DNA of 64,000 nucleotides from Podarcis liolepis (taxonomy: Eukaryota): the NCBI GenBank assembly GCA_965112155.1, contig OZ218100.1. One strand, given 5' to 3'. Positions 1 through 11,506 of the stretch are shown here, in pieces. Numbering within the stretch: the first letter of the stretch is position 1; each line of letters begins with the position of its first letter. A model generated the notes under the pieces. It had not been told where the DNA came from and searched no databases. It worked only from the letters and a program-made list of their open reading frames with translations. A program made the translations under genes and the position numbers.

Positions 1-509
1 ACGACTTTAAAATCAGACTAACGTTTCTGCTAAGGAGAGGTAACAGGAGACATGCACAGATCCTGATCAGACCAGATGGAATGCAGAAAGAGATTTTCTG
101 TGGCTGCAGAAGACATCACGCAGAGAAGCTTGTCCCCATTGCATATCAGGAGATACATTGCTTTAATGAATCTGCCTTAAGCCATTTAAAACATTTGAGA
201 AAGCGGCGATGGCATTTATGATAGTAATTCCTTTCTCTGCTTTTGAAAGCAAGGAGAGCTTGATGATCTGCTTCACTGCAATTTGTACCCAACTATTAAG
301 TCTCAGATTATACACGTTTATATCACAAGGTGGCCACGGATTCCTGAGGGGCAACAATCAGAAAGTGGAAATGGTATCTTTAAAAAATGATTAGTATAAC
401 AGAATTCTGTGCAGGTTTGTTTTTTAATGGCACAATTCTGATTTCAAATGGTAAAAAATGGTAAAAAAATATGGTGTGTATATGTAAGGAAGATATACTA
501 TTACCTAAT

Positions 510-1010
510 TGCGTGGCGGGGCCCTGGGGCCCCCAGTTCCCCTTAGATAATAAGCACACGGACATAAATATTTTGAGTTAATGGGATAAATTTTGACCAA
601 ACTGCAGGAGGCAGTGGAAGGCAGGAGTGCCTGGCATGCTCGGGTCCATGGGGTCATGAAGAGTCGGACACGAATAAATGACTAAATAACAACAATGGGA
701 TAAATAAGGCCACAACTTTATTGCTTACAGATGTGAGCGGTTTGGCTTAGGCATTGGGTGAAACCAGACTATATCCTCACTCCTGCATGCCTGCAGGAAG
801 TCTCTTAAAGGTCAACCACCGGAAGGGGGAGCCCTATGATATACATCAATTAAGAGCACCCCCAGGGTTCCCGATGGGGTCGTGCCATGGTCCTAGCCCA
901 CGTCCAGGCTTTGGACAGGAACCACACCGCTGAATCCTTTTAACGGGATACCCTTAATGAGGAGGGGCAGGCAGAGGCAATAACCTCCCCTCTCATGAAC
1001 AAGGCTTACC
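510..1010 (-). mobile_element. LTR-like element interrupted by a Bov-B fragment (right boundary uncertain)
   Basis: Starts with TG; minus-strand AATAAA near 717-722. Shares AGGCCACAACTT..TG.TTACAGAT, TTGGC.TAGGCATT and TTTAA.GGGATAC blocks with 46165-46500. Confidence 0.5.
592..693 (+). mobile_element. Bov-B (RTE) LINE 3' end
   Basis: GTCCATGGGGTCATGAAGAGTCGGACACGA with a (CAA)n tail; 12-bp TSD AATGGGATAAAT at 580-591 and 694-705. Confidence 0.85.
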
Positions 1011-1184
1011 GCTTTCATAGCTCATGAAAGCTGAAATGCAATATGAAAACATTGGAGTGCCTTTGGACTAAGTTTAATGTCTCCCCATCCTATATTTCTA
1101 TTTAAATGCCTGCTGTTGACCCCAGCGACTTTATTGGAAGAGATTTTGTTGTGCTAATTTTAAAGCTCCCATTTTCACTTCTCA

Positions 1185-1464
1185 NNNNNNNNNNNNNNNN
1201 NNNNNNNNNNNNNNNNNNNNNNNNNNNNNNNNNNNNNNNNNNNNNNNNNNNNNNNNNNNNNNNNNNNNNNNNNNNNNNNNNNNNNNNNNNNNNNNNNNNN
1301 NNNNNNNNNNNNNNNNNNNNNNNNNNNNNNNNNNNNNNNNNNNNNNNNNNNNNNNNNNNNNNNNNNNNNNNNNNNNNNNNNNNNNNNNNNNNNNNNNNNN
1401 NNNNNNNNNNNNNNNNNNNNNNNNNNNNNNNNNNNNNNNNNNNNNNNNNNNNNNNNNNNNNNNN
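1185..1464. other. Assembly gap (280 N)
   Basis: Run of N bases. Confidence 1.
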
Positions 1465-1544
1465 AGATAAATATTATACAAAGCCTGTCTGTCTTATAGC
1501 ATCACGTTATTGGGATTTATAATGGAATAGGGTGATTTTGAATA

Positions 1545-1648
1545 AAAATGGCTTCCCATACCAGCATCTAGATGGTCACTGTGAGAACAGGATGCTGGAA
1601 ATAGATGGACCATTGACCTGATCCATCAGTTCTTTTCTTCTGTTTTTG
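1545..1648 (+). mobile_element. CR1 LINE 3' UTR remnant
   Basis: CACTGTGAGAACAGGATGCTGGA..TAGATGG..CTGATCCA resembles the reptile CR1 3' end and is the reverse complement of part of 10342-10568. Confidence 0.6.
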
Positions 1649-2726
1649 AATCCAATCCAAGCTTTTAACCATACCACCCCCTCGTATAAATTTAGCAGTC
1701 AAGGAACATATATTACAATGAAGCATGAGCTACTGTGGCATCAGGAAGAAAGTTTTAAAACAGAATAAGAAAGGGACTAGTAAATACTTTTAGTCTTAAA
1801 GAACTCTCTCCATCTTATTGAAAGGAAGCTTGGGGGGCAATTTGTTTTATCAGTCTACATATGCATGAGCAATACCTCTGAAGAGTAAAGCCAGCCAGAC
1901 TTAATAAAAAGGACACACAGTCCTGCTTATGTACCTAATGAGGTTTTGAAACATCAAAAAGGGGGTCTTGTTTCACTAATTTGAGTATTTAAAGTGTGAT
2001 TGGCTGTTCTATCCAAAATATGAATTATTAATTAAACTTGCATTCAAAAGTAGAGCATTTTACTGACTCTACAGATTTGGTAGAGAGAAAATTCTGACCA
2101 TATGGACTATGAAAGCTTGCACAAAATGATCCCTCTGTGCTTTTAAACATGTAGTGTTTTGTGAACGATACCAAAAACAGCAAGCTAGTTAAGGTAAACA
2201 AAATAAAGGTCACACTGAAAAAGCAACAAAAATTTATCAGGCATGCTACTGCCACATGTTCTTGAAAACAAAACTAATTGAAGCCGCATTAGAAATAATA
2301 GTTGTTGATTATAAAATTATTGTAACAGTGAATATCTGTTTGTTAGATTATTATTACTATGATGATGAATTGCTTCCTATAAGGCATCTTGAAGTGATTT
2401 ACAATAAAATCATACATAAAATATTTATATATAAAAAGACAGTTGCAACATATTGCATATATTAAAAAACCCAATTACATATAAAACAATTACATACATC
2501 AATCAATTTCAGAACTGTTACAGATACCAACTAGGATAACAGCCACCACATAGAAGGTTTGCTGAAGGTCTAAGAGTCTCCAAAAGAGTCTCCAAAAGAT
2601 TGCGTTTGTCCGATACATAATGGGGGATAATTTGACAGAGTAGGTGTCTCCTGATATGATAGGGTGCTCTCCCCTGCAAAACATAGTGATTGGCTGGGTA
2701 TATAAGGGATGAGTTCATCTTTTAGC

Positions 2727-2880
2727 CAGGGCTTTTTTTCAGCTGGAACTCGGCGGAACTCAGTTCCGACACTTCTTAGGTGAATTCTAGCACCTCTCAG
2801 GTGGGCGCCATTGCCATTCTAAGAGTACAAGGGAGGTGTTGGTGAATTCTGGCACCTCTTTTTCTAGAAAAATAACACTG
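2727..2880. mobile_element. hAT-type MITE
   Basis: Ends CAGGGCTTTTTTTC and GAAAAATAACACTG; near-identical flanks CTTTTAGC (2719-2726) and CTTTTTAGC (2881-2889). Confidence 0.7.
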
Positions 2881-2953
2881 CTTTTTAGCTATCCTGATTC
2901 TAATAGGGCTTTGTGCAACAGCACCTTGAACTTAACCCCCATATGCACTATAA

Positions 2954-2984
<31 letters not shown>

Positions 2985-2998
2985 GTAGTAGTAGTAGT

Positions 2999-3253
2999 AG
3001 AGCCAGTGTGGTGTAGTGGTTAAGAGCGGCAGACTCGTAATCTGGGGAACCGGGTTTGCGTCTCCGCTCCTCCACCTGCAGCTGCTGGGTGACCTTGGGC
3101 CAGTCACACTTCTTTGAAGTCTCTCAGCCCCACTCACCTCACAGAGTGTTTGTTGTGGGGGAGGAAGGGAAAGGAGAATGTTAGCCGCTTTGAGACTCCT
3201 TAAAGGGAGTGAAAGGCGGGATATCAAATCCAAACTCCTCCTCCTCCTCCTCC
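2999..3253 (+). mobile_element. tRNA-derived SINE, Squam3-like (MIR/Ther1-related)
   Basis: A-box TGGTGTAGTGG, degenerate B-box, core CTGGGTGACCTTGGGCCAGTCAC and (CTC)n tail; nearly identical to the copies at 26879 and 37028. Confidence 0.85.
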
Positions 3254-3398
3254 TACTACTACTACTACTACTATTATTTGTGTACTGCCCTTCATCCAAA
3301 GATCCCAGAGTGGTTCACAACAGAAAAATATAAAAGCTGAGGCTGATGAGGAGACCAGAGACAGTAACAGATTTTGCAGGAGGTACTGGCTAGTTTTT

Positions 3399-3763
3399 GG
3401 AACGCGGGTGGCACTGTGGGTAAAACCTCAGTGGCTAGGACTTCCGATCGTATGGTCAGCGGTTCGAATCCCCACGGCGGGGTGAGCTCCCATCGTTTGG
3501 TCCCAGCTCCTGCCCACCTAGCAGTTCGAAAGCACCCCTAAGTGCAAGTAGATAAATAGGTACCGCTTTATAGCGGGAAGGTAACAGCATTTCCGTGTGC
3601 TGCGCTGGTGCTGGCTCGCCAGAGCAGCTTCGTCACACTGGCCACGTGACCCGGAAGTGTCTTCGGACAGCGCTGGCTCCCGGCATCTTAAGCGAGATGA
3701 GCACACAACCCCAGAGTCGGTCACGACTGGCCTGTATGGGCAGGGGTACCTTTACCTTTACCT
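3399..3763 (+). mobile_element. Sauria/Squam1 SINE, full length (variant X)
   Basis: GG(A/G)ACGCGGGTGGC start, B-box GGTTCGAATCC, (ACCTTT)n tail; 13-bp TSD TACTGGCTAGTTT at 3384-3396 and 3764-3776. Confidence 0.92.
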
Positions 3764-4445
3764 TACTGGCTAGTTTAAATTGGTGGTGTGTGAATCCATC
3801 CCTGGCCAGCATCAAATTTCTTTTAAAAATCCCATCCTCCCACACACAACAGAAAAATGCATTTTAGCTCCAGCTTTTTCTCCTGCGGGCTGCTTACAGA
3901 GGCATACATATCTGAAAACAAAACTCAACATGAGAGCATCCTGAGGAAGCATCATTCTAGCTATCTTGTTATCTGGTGAGCCCTATAAAAATCAATGCAA
4001 AGCTCCGGGAGGCAGTTTGGTGAGAAAAATCAACTCCAGAAAAACTCTTGTAATATTAATTATGCCTACATTGTCTTCAGGATTTTCAACAGTCCTCCTC
4101 CATGCAGAAATCTAGCTAGGAGTCTATGCAAGGAAAGGAAAGCTGCATTCTGTTTAATATGTGATTATTACACTACACTGACTGTACATGAAATGACAGT
4201 TCCAGTCAGCGCACTTAATATATGAGTACATGTGCTTATTTAATGCTTACTGTAGTATGCATTACATTTGATGGGAAAAGACTTTTTCAGGGTAAAGATA
4301 TGCCACAGTGAGTGTAGTGTGCAGACATTGTACTGATCCATTCTAGCTACCTTTCTCCACTCTGAAAGCAAGCACTATAGACAAGGATGCGTTGTGATTT
4401 CCACTGAATACTTGGGGCTTTGCCAGTGGTAATATTAACTCCCCC

Positions 4446-4448
<3 letters not shown>

Positions 4449-4486
<38 letters not shown>
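4449..4486. repeat. (CA)n microsatellite (others at about 35203-35231, 42554-42597, 58661-58688)
   Basis: Seen directly. Confidence 0.95.
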
Positions 4487-4488
<2 letters not shown>

Positions 4489-4957
4489 AGATGTACATAT
4501 ACATTCAGATTATTGTTCAAACAGTTCTAGGAGCAACAAACTCTAATTTTTGCAGAAACATGACAGTGAGTTTGCTCCCGCTAGTGCCTGCTTTCCCTAA
4601 GGGGAGTTCTGCACAGGATGCTCCCACTGGCAAAAATAAGGGGTGATGTTTGGACTGCAGGAAGCATTCACAAAAATGGCCTCCTCCCTGTTCAGTCAGA
4701 GATTTTCCTTGGTACCAAATAATGCACTTATTCATATATGAAAGAAAATGTTCCTTAGTACAGAAGGGTCCACCAACCAGCAGTCAGATGACTGGTCCTC
4801 CAATATTTCCATTGTGCACAACATATTAAGTATTCGCTTTTTATTTTGGGTGGCCAGAACAAAAGTTCACAGGCAGCCACAGTCAGTGGACAGAACAGGC
4901 TAAATTAGAACCTGACCCATTTGGGGAGATTTCAGTGACTGGATCAGAATAACTGGA

Positions 4958-5088
4958 TCAGCCTTTCTCAACCTTGATGTTGTTGGACTACAAGTCCCAT
5001 CATTCCTAGCCAGCATGGTCAGTGACCAGGGATCATGGGCATTGTAGTTCATGAATGTCTGGGTACCCAAGCTTGAGAAAAACTGTTC
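4958..5088. mobile_element. Degenerate non-autonomous hAT-like element (related copies near 25095-25210 and 43848-43980)
   Basis: Internally palindromic GGACTACAA.TCCCATCA ... TGGG..TTGTAGT.C block shared among the three sites. Confidence 0.55.
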
Positions 5089-5265
5089 TAAATGGCAGCT
5101 CATGATATTGTCATGCTCAGCAACACCCACAGCAGAGCACACTGTTAGTTGCTTTGCTTTTTTAATGACTCTTAGCTCCTCACCCTCCAAGGAAGGCAGC
5201 ACAATACCACTCACATGGAGAACATTTTTCTTTCTCGTTACTGTAACACTATCTTTCAAGCTATT

Positions 5266-5576
5266 GTAAACCACTAAGCCTTGGGCTTGTTGATCAGAAG
5301 GTCGGCGGTTCGAATTCTCGCGACGGGCTGAGCTCCCATGGCTTTGTCCCAGCTCCTGCCCACCTAGGGTACTGCTCCAGCGGGAAGGTAAACGGTGTTT
5401 CCGTGCACTGCTCTGGTTTCGCCAGAAGCGGCTTAGTCATGCTGACCACATGGCCTGGAAAAACTGTCTGCAGACAGACATTGGCTCCCTTGGCCAGTAA
5501 AGCGAGATGAGCTCCACAACCCCAGAGTCGTCTGCAACTGGACTTAACTGTCAGGGGTCCTTTACCTTTACCTTTT
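5266..5576 (+). mobile_element. Sauria/Squam1 SINE, 5'-truncated with internal deletion
   Basis: Aligns to the other copies; lacks the segment between CACCTAG and GGTAC; (ACCTTT)n tail. Confidence 0.85.
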
Positions 5577-5685
5577 ATATTTGACAGAGGAGGTAGAACA
5601 CAGCATGGGTGGCTGCTACCCATCAATAACACTGATGTTGGGATTGTGCAGAAGTGCTGGCAGGAGTGCCAGTTTGCCTCCTCTG

Positions 5686-5871
5686 CTGCTCCAACGGGAA
5701 GGTAAACGGTGTTTCCGTGCACTGCTCTGGTTCTCCAGAAGCAGCTTAGTCATGCTGGCCACATGACCCAGAAGCTGTACGCCTGCTCCCTCAGCCAATA
5801 AAGCGAGATGAGCACCGCAATCCCAGAGTCGTCTGTGACTGGACTTAACGGTCAGGGGTCCCTTTACCTTT
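5686..5871 (+). mobile_element. Sauria/Squam1 SINE 3' half
   Basis: CGGGAAGGTAAACGG...GGTCAGGGGTCCCTTTACCTTT matches the 3' half of 42071-42425. Confidence 0.85.
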
Positions 5872-7352
5872 TAACTCCTCCCCCCATCACAGTGTTTTCC
5901 ATTACATTCCTTGGCCCAGTTATGGGGCTGCCAAATGAGATGGTAACCGGTGTAGTTACTTTCTCTAGCCATGAAGACGACTACATTCTACAATATACCA
6001 CAATTTGCCAACTACTGAATCTGCAATGCTTTACTCATTAAAGCGACAGCATTTACATTAGGATTTGAGCAGTACCACGTACAAGTGACAAACATAATCT
6101 AGGTTCTCACAAGACAACATTTGCCCACACAATCAAATTGATTCACACTCAGTGGTTGGAGGTGCCTCAAGCAGACATCCTGAACTGTGGTGTTCATTAA
6201 CCTCCTGAAATGTCTATAACTGAACAGTACTTTTCAGAAGGCCAGTGCACACATTTCCAGCATGCTAGGACAACTCTGAATTTAAACTACGAAGATAAGT
6301 AATTGTGTTCTGTCCCTCTCCTTCACACAGTTTTCGTGGTTACTGTTTCTTTCCAGCAGCATCTGGGTGTGGGTGTAAATCTGATATTTTTCTGATGATT
6401 TTGAAACCCTTAAGCAATTTTTATTCTTTCCACCTGAGCTCTAGCAGTGGCTTGTCATTTTCAGAGAAGGGACACAAACAAGGAGACTAAGCATGAGCAA
6501 TAGTGGGTGCACACATCCACTGGTGACATGCTTGCAAAAAACCCCCACATCTGGAGCTGCAGACAGAAAACAGTAGTAGTAATTAATATCATCTTGACTC
6601 AAACTGACTTCCTCACAGAGATAAGAGAAGCAACACACAGCCTGTCTCCTTTCTGTTCCTTGCAGACATAGACCATGACTTCCTCTCCGTGCTTAGTCTG
6701 ATTGAGGATGCTGTTCCTTAACCCTATGTATAACAACATGCAGCATGCAGACAGCCTTATGGCCAAGCATCATCATCATCATCATCATCATCTTGTGAAA
6801 GTGCTGCTTTATTTATTCTATTTTCTTACATTTGTACCCTGCCTTTCTTTCCTTATGGAACCCTAGGCAGTGCACGTTGCCAAGCAATCTCAAAACAAGG
6901 AGAAATGCACTTCCCTTAATGAGAAATTAAAGCTGGATATTTGCTGTTTGATGATGAGCTATTTAAGACACATATACCTCTTCTGTTGCTGCCCCTCTTT
7001 CATGTTTCAACACCACGGCATTGGTAGGAGCATTTAAGAGAAACATTTACATCAGAGCTAGAAACTTGCTCTGTTTTCTTTTTACAAGAGAATTATCAGA
7101 TTCTATGTCACTTGTCCATTTTGTGGCTGTGTAAATTCCTAGTCACTCTTGCCCCAATCCAGAGAAAGTTAGTTATTAATAGGCTGTAACCTTCTGCTCG
7201 CTTACCTTGAAAAAAGCCCCATTGAGATCAATTTTGAATTTGTTCTCTTGGTTTCAATAACACCTAAGTGTGCTTTACTTTCACTGGGCTGGAGCCCAGT
7301 AGAGTGACGTAGAAAAGGCAGTGCCTTTTAAAACATGTATATCCCATTCTTA

Positions 7353-7715
7353 GGGATGCGGGTGGCGCTGTGGGTAAAACCTCAGTGCCTAGGACTTGCT
7401 GATCGCATGGTCGGCAGTTCGAATCCCCACGGCGGGGTGAGCTCCCATCGTTCGGTCCCAGCTCCTGCCCACCTAGCAGTTTGAAAGCACCCTTAAGTCA
7501 AAGTAGATAAATAGGTACCACTTTATAGCGGGAAGGTAAACAGTGTTTCCATGTGCGGCGCTGGTGCTAGCTCGCCAGCTGCAGCTTCGTCACGCTGGCC
7601 ACGTGACCCGGAAGTGTCTTTGGACGGCGCCGGCTCACGGCCTCTTGAGCGAGATGAGCACGCAACCCTAGAGTCGGTCTCGACTGGCCCGTGCGGGCAG
7701 GGGTACCTTTACCTT
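7353..7715 (+). mobile_element. Sauria/Squam1 SINE, full length (variant X)
   Basis: 13-bp TSD TATCCCATTCTTA at 7340-7352 and 7716-7728; Pol III boxes; ACCTTT tail. Confidence 0.92.
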
Positions 7716-8299
7716 TATCCCATTCTTAATGCTTCAAACATTGCAGCTTTTCAGATATATTGTCTCAATATATAACTAATTTATCCGGTCCTGAAAATGG
7801 ATGAAGAGTGTTCCATTTATCCCTTCTACCCCAGGAAATAATTAATAGAGTACAAGCTCATTTGTCCAAATAGAATGGCAGAGTCGAAAAGAAAAGAAAA
7901 AAGAAAAAAAACCCTGATAGATGGAAGCAATATTTTCTCAGAATCAAAATGAACGATTTTTGTTGAGACAGAATTCTTTTGGCTGTAAATTCTTAATGTA
8001 GGAAGCCATTAGAGATGAGGTAGAATGCTTAGAATCCAGTCTGAAACCAGGTTCTGATTGGGGTGGAAACAAAACAATTTTGGATTTGACAACCTATGCT
8101 GGAGTTTTGACAAAGTAGAATGCTTACATTCCTGGCTCTAAAATCCCCACTTCTCCAATTTTTGCATTGCTAGAAGCTAAACATACTTCATATAGGACAG
8201 TCATTTGTTCTTAAATATGTATTTAAAAATAGAATCCAATTTTTCTAGTAACTTTTCTAGTAACTTTTTTATTAGTTGCAAGAAGAAACTATTTCATAA

Positions 8300-8486
8300 C
8301 AAGGACTTACTGAAGGCAAGAGCTGCTCAGCAGTAGAACAGACTCCCTTGGAAGGGGCGGGCTCTCCTTCCTTGGAGGTTTTGAAGCAGAGGCTGGAAGG
8401 CCATCTGTCATGGATGCTGTAGTTGAGATTCCTGCATTGCAGGAGGTTGGACTAGATGACCCCCAGGATCTACAATTCTAGGATTT
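8300..8486 (+). mobile_element. CR1 LINE 3' end
   Basis: TCTCCTTCCTTGGAGGTTTTGAAGCAGAGGCTGGA...GGTTGGACTAGATGACC...ATTCTAGGATT is a typical CR1 terminus. Confidence 0.8.
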
Positions 8487-8546
8487 CCATAAGAAAGATT
8501 TTTCTCAGAGGAAATATTAAATCATTATCAAGCATTGATATTACAC

Positions 8547-8965
8547 TGTATATATAAAGAGTCAGCTCTCCCTGCAGAACATCAGCCTGAAGGGGGAGAA
8601 GGTGGAGTGGCTCCACCTGCAGCTGATCAGCCTTCAAGGGCACTAGGAGAAGGCACTAGTAAGAACCAGCTGACACTGATGAGAACCAGCTGGCTCCAGC
8701 TCTCTTAAAAAGGGCTCTCAGCAGCAGTCAGATGCCGGGAACAATGCCCGTGGTTCTTGGCCCTACCTGTCTGCTTGCCATTTGGACCCTTGGCTCTGTG
8801 ATCATCTGGATCCCATGGCATCTGGACTGTCTGACTACATAGATTGCTGCCTGCCCGACCCTCGGAACGGACTTGACTTTGTGTGTGGATCCTGCTCTCA
8901 GGCAAGTGTTCCTTGGAGACTCCTAGCCCCTGCTAACTCAGCAATGGGACTCAGATGGGGCTACA
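8547..8965 (+). mobile_element. Possible solo LTR
   Basis: TGTA...TACA termini and a GC-richer body with short internal repeats (AGAAGGCACTAG, AGAACCAGCTG); no clean TSD seen. Confidence 0.35.
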
Positions 8966-9349
8966 GCAATTTTAATTATTCTGCAGTGCTCAGGAAGACA
9001 CTGCATTGGGTGTTCCAGGACACTGTGGGGAAAACTAAAATGGTTGGTAGTGCCATCTGTGACCATATACCCACAGCCTACGGACTGAGCAGGCAGGCCA
9101 AATGGCTGCAGTGCTTTGCCTGCCAGGGCTCTTCGGCTCTAGAAGCTTTCTATAGATGTAATAGGAATTTCTGCTCCCAAGAACTTGTGTTTAGGATTGA
9201 TGTAATGAAAGTCCAGTCCTATATGAAAAGTAAGCCATAGTGCCGTCTAGGGAAAATAAAGTTATGAAGTGAAGATGAAAGGCAACAGATGAAGCACAGC
9301 ATTTTAAGGGGTTAACCCAAGAAATGTCAATATGAATAGGGTAGATGTG

Positions 9350-9371
9350 GATGATGATAATGATAATGATG

Positions 9372-9418
<47 letters not shown>

Positions 9419-9437
9419 TAATAATATTATTATTATA
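9350..9437. repeat. (ATG/ATA)n compound microsatellite
   Basis: Seen directly; explains the poly-Ile ORFs on both strands. Confidence 0.95.
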
Positions 9438-10341
9438 GGATTTCCTTCACAAGATACCACAATTTCTCACATGTTTAACATCAAAAACAAGGAGTTGTAC
9501 CAAACGTTAAGTCACACTAGGAGTGGATTTGTTGAAATCCATTTACCTAAACATGCAATTTAAATACACTAATTTTATTGGATTTATTCTGAGTATAAAT
9601 TGGAGGCTGTAAACAAACCATGGGATATACTAGCTTGAGAGACAATGGAAAGTTTCAGGTTAGACTTGTAGATATCCAAATAAGAAAGCATCACAGATAC
9701 TCCAAGTCCAGTTTTGTAACATTCTTAACACACTGCTGTGTTTTCATTAGTTTCTGGAGTTACTTTCTTTGAAAGTAGACAACTGACTCATTTTGTACTG
9801 TCATACTTCACCTCAGAACTACTGGTAATTTCAAAGCCCTTCGATACTAAAGAAATAAACAAATAAATGGAATAGTTAACAAAGCTTGCAGTTGCAACTT
9901 TGATGAATAGTTGCCATTTATAAGCATAAAGCAAAGGCATTCCTTTTAAACAAGCATTTAGCATTAAGTTGTAGAAGCGCGTTGACATTGTGGGAACTCA
10001 TAATTCATCAGAGCATTAACAGCATTTTCAGTAACAGCACCGTCAAGTGAGGACTTGCATATTTGAAACTCGCAGATCAAACGCCATAGACAAAAGCTCT
10101 CATAATACCTGACAGCACATCATTTCATCTGAAGGCATTTCACACATTCAGTGGCGAGATGAATGTGCACATGCGAAACAGAATGGAATTGTAGAGGAAA
10201 AGGCAATGCCTTTTCTCCCCCAGATGGTGAAACTTTTCACCAAGGAAGGCCACAGCACTGCTGTCTCTGATTATTTTCTGCTGGCTGGCAAAGACATTTT
10301 CATTCACACAAGAGGGGTCCTCTGCCCTTAAGTTGAGGTGT

Positions 10342-10568
10342 AAATAAGAGCATATAAGTGTCTTGCTGTGCCTGTCCAAAGGCCCACCTAGTCCAGCACT
10401 CTGCTTTCACAGTGGCTAATCAGATGCTTAAGGGAATCCCACACAGCAGCTCTCTCCCCATTTGTGATTCTCAGCAACGGGTATTCGGAGGCTCACAGCC
10501 TCTGACAGTGGAGACAGAACCTGGACATCATGGCTAGTAGCCACTGATAGGCTTATCCACCATGAATA
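10342..10568 (-). mobile_element. CR1 LINE 3' end
   Basis: AAAGGCCCACCTAGTCCAGCA...CACAGTGGC...CATCATGGCTAGTAGCCACTGATAG...TCCACCATGAAT is a reverse-oriented reptile CR1 3' region. Confidence 0.75.
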
Positions 10569-11230
10569 TTGGGAGATAGGTTACCAGTTGTTTCTTTTAT
10601 TGATTTCAGAGATTTTCACAGTGTTTTATTAAGCCTAATATATTGTACTTTATTGCATTTGTTTTGTTGCTAGTCACCCTGGACACCATTGGTGTACAGA
10701 CGCTTGCCAGATCAATCAATCAATCAAAGAGAAGTGAGGATGAAACTTGAGGCTATTTAAATAAAAACAGAATGTGCAGAAATGGCGAGGCTATCTCAGT
10801 TCAGGAAAGTTGTGCCTTGAGCAGGATGATAGTTTAAGTAAAATACAATAAAGGTTGCACTGTCAGGGTAGGAAGAGGCAAGAGACTGGAAGACAGAGGT
10901 GTACTTTTAAAAAATAAATGAAAGCATATGTTCTCAAGGACAGTACAACTGCTTTCAGAAAATATTTAACCAGAGGCCTTATTCACATGTTAATTTTTAA
11001 TGTGATAATGCCACAAAGAGGTGACCTGTCCATGTAATTTTCATATAGTGAATTATTTAAGAGGTGGGAGAAAATGTGAAGTTTTCAATGAGCCCCCGCT
11101 AAAGATAAATATATATCATGTGCCCTTATATGAGGATACATTCAAAGAAAAATTGCATACATAGCTCACGTGCACACACAAGCCCATGGGAAAGTCACCT
11201 CAAAGTAACCCAGAAAAAAAATCAAGAACT

Positions 11231-11506
11231 AGGCCACATTCACACCAGACATTTAAAGCTCTATGATACCACTTTAAACAGCTGTGGCTTCCCCCAAAAC
11301 ATTTGGGGAACTGTAGTTTAAAGGTGCTGATAGGTACAATATTCAGAGTGGTTTAATGGTCAATCTCTCTTCACAGGGAACTCTGGGAATTGTAGCATCT
11401 GAGAGGAATAGAGGTCTCTTAAAAACTGTTAACAAACCACAGCTCCCACAATTCTTTGGGGGAAATCCATGACTGTTAAAAGTGGCGCCATAGTGCTTTA
11501 AATGTA
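11231..11506. mobile_element. Palindromic MITE, PIF/Harbinger-like (related copy near 60515-60682)
   Basis: ACATTTAAAGC..TATG..ACCACTTT pairs with AAAGTGG..CATAG.GCTTTAAATGT; internal GGGAA.TGTAG repeats. Confidence 0.6.

Noticed and set aside
1106-1522. 138-aa and 99-aa ORFs
   Set aside because: Artefacts of translating through the N gap.
2999-3075. tRNA-like A/B boxes here and at other SINE heads
   Set aside because: They continue into SINE bodies and tails; not tRNA genes.
5370-5871. Two adjacent SINE 3' halves as a local tandem duplication
   Set aside because: They differ at subfamily-diagnostic positions and their flanks are not duplicated, so independent insertions are more likely.
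6441-6638. DDINYYYC as an Ig-domain F-strand motif
   Set aside because: No upstream Cys/Trp framework or exon structure; it derives from a short (TAG)n run.
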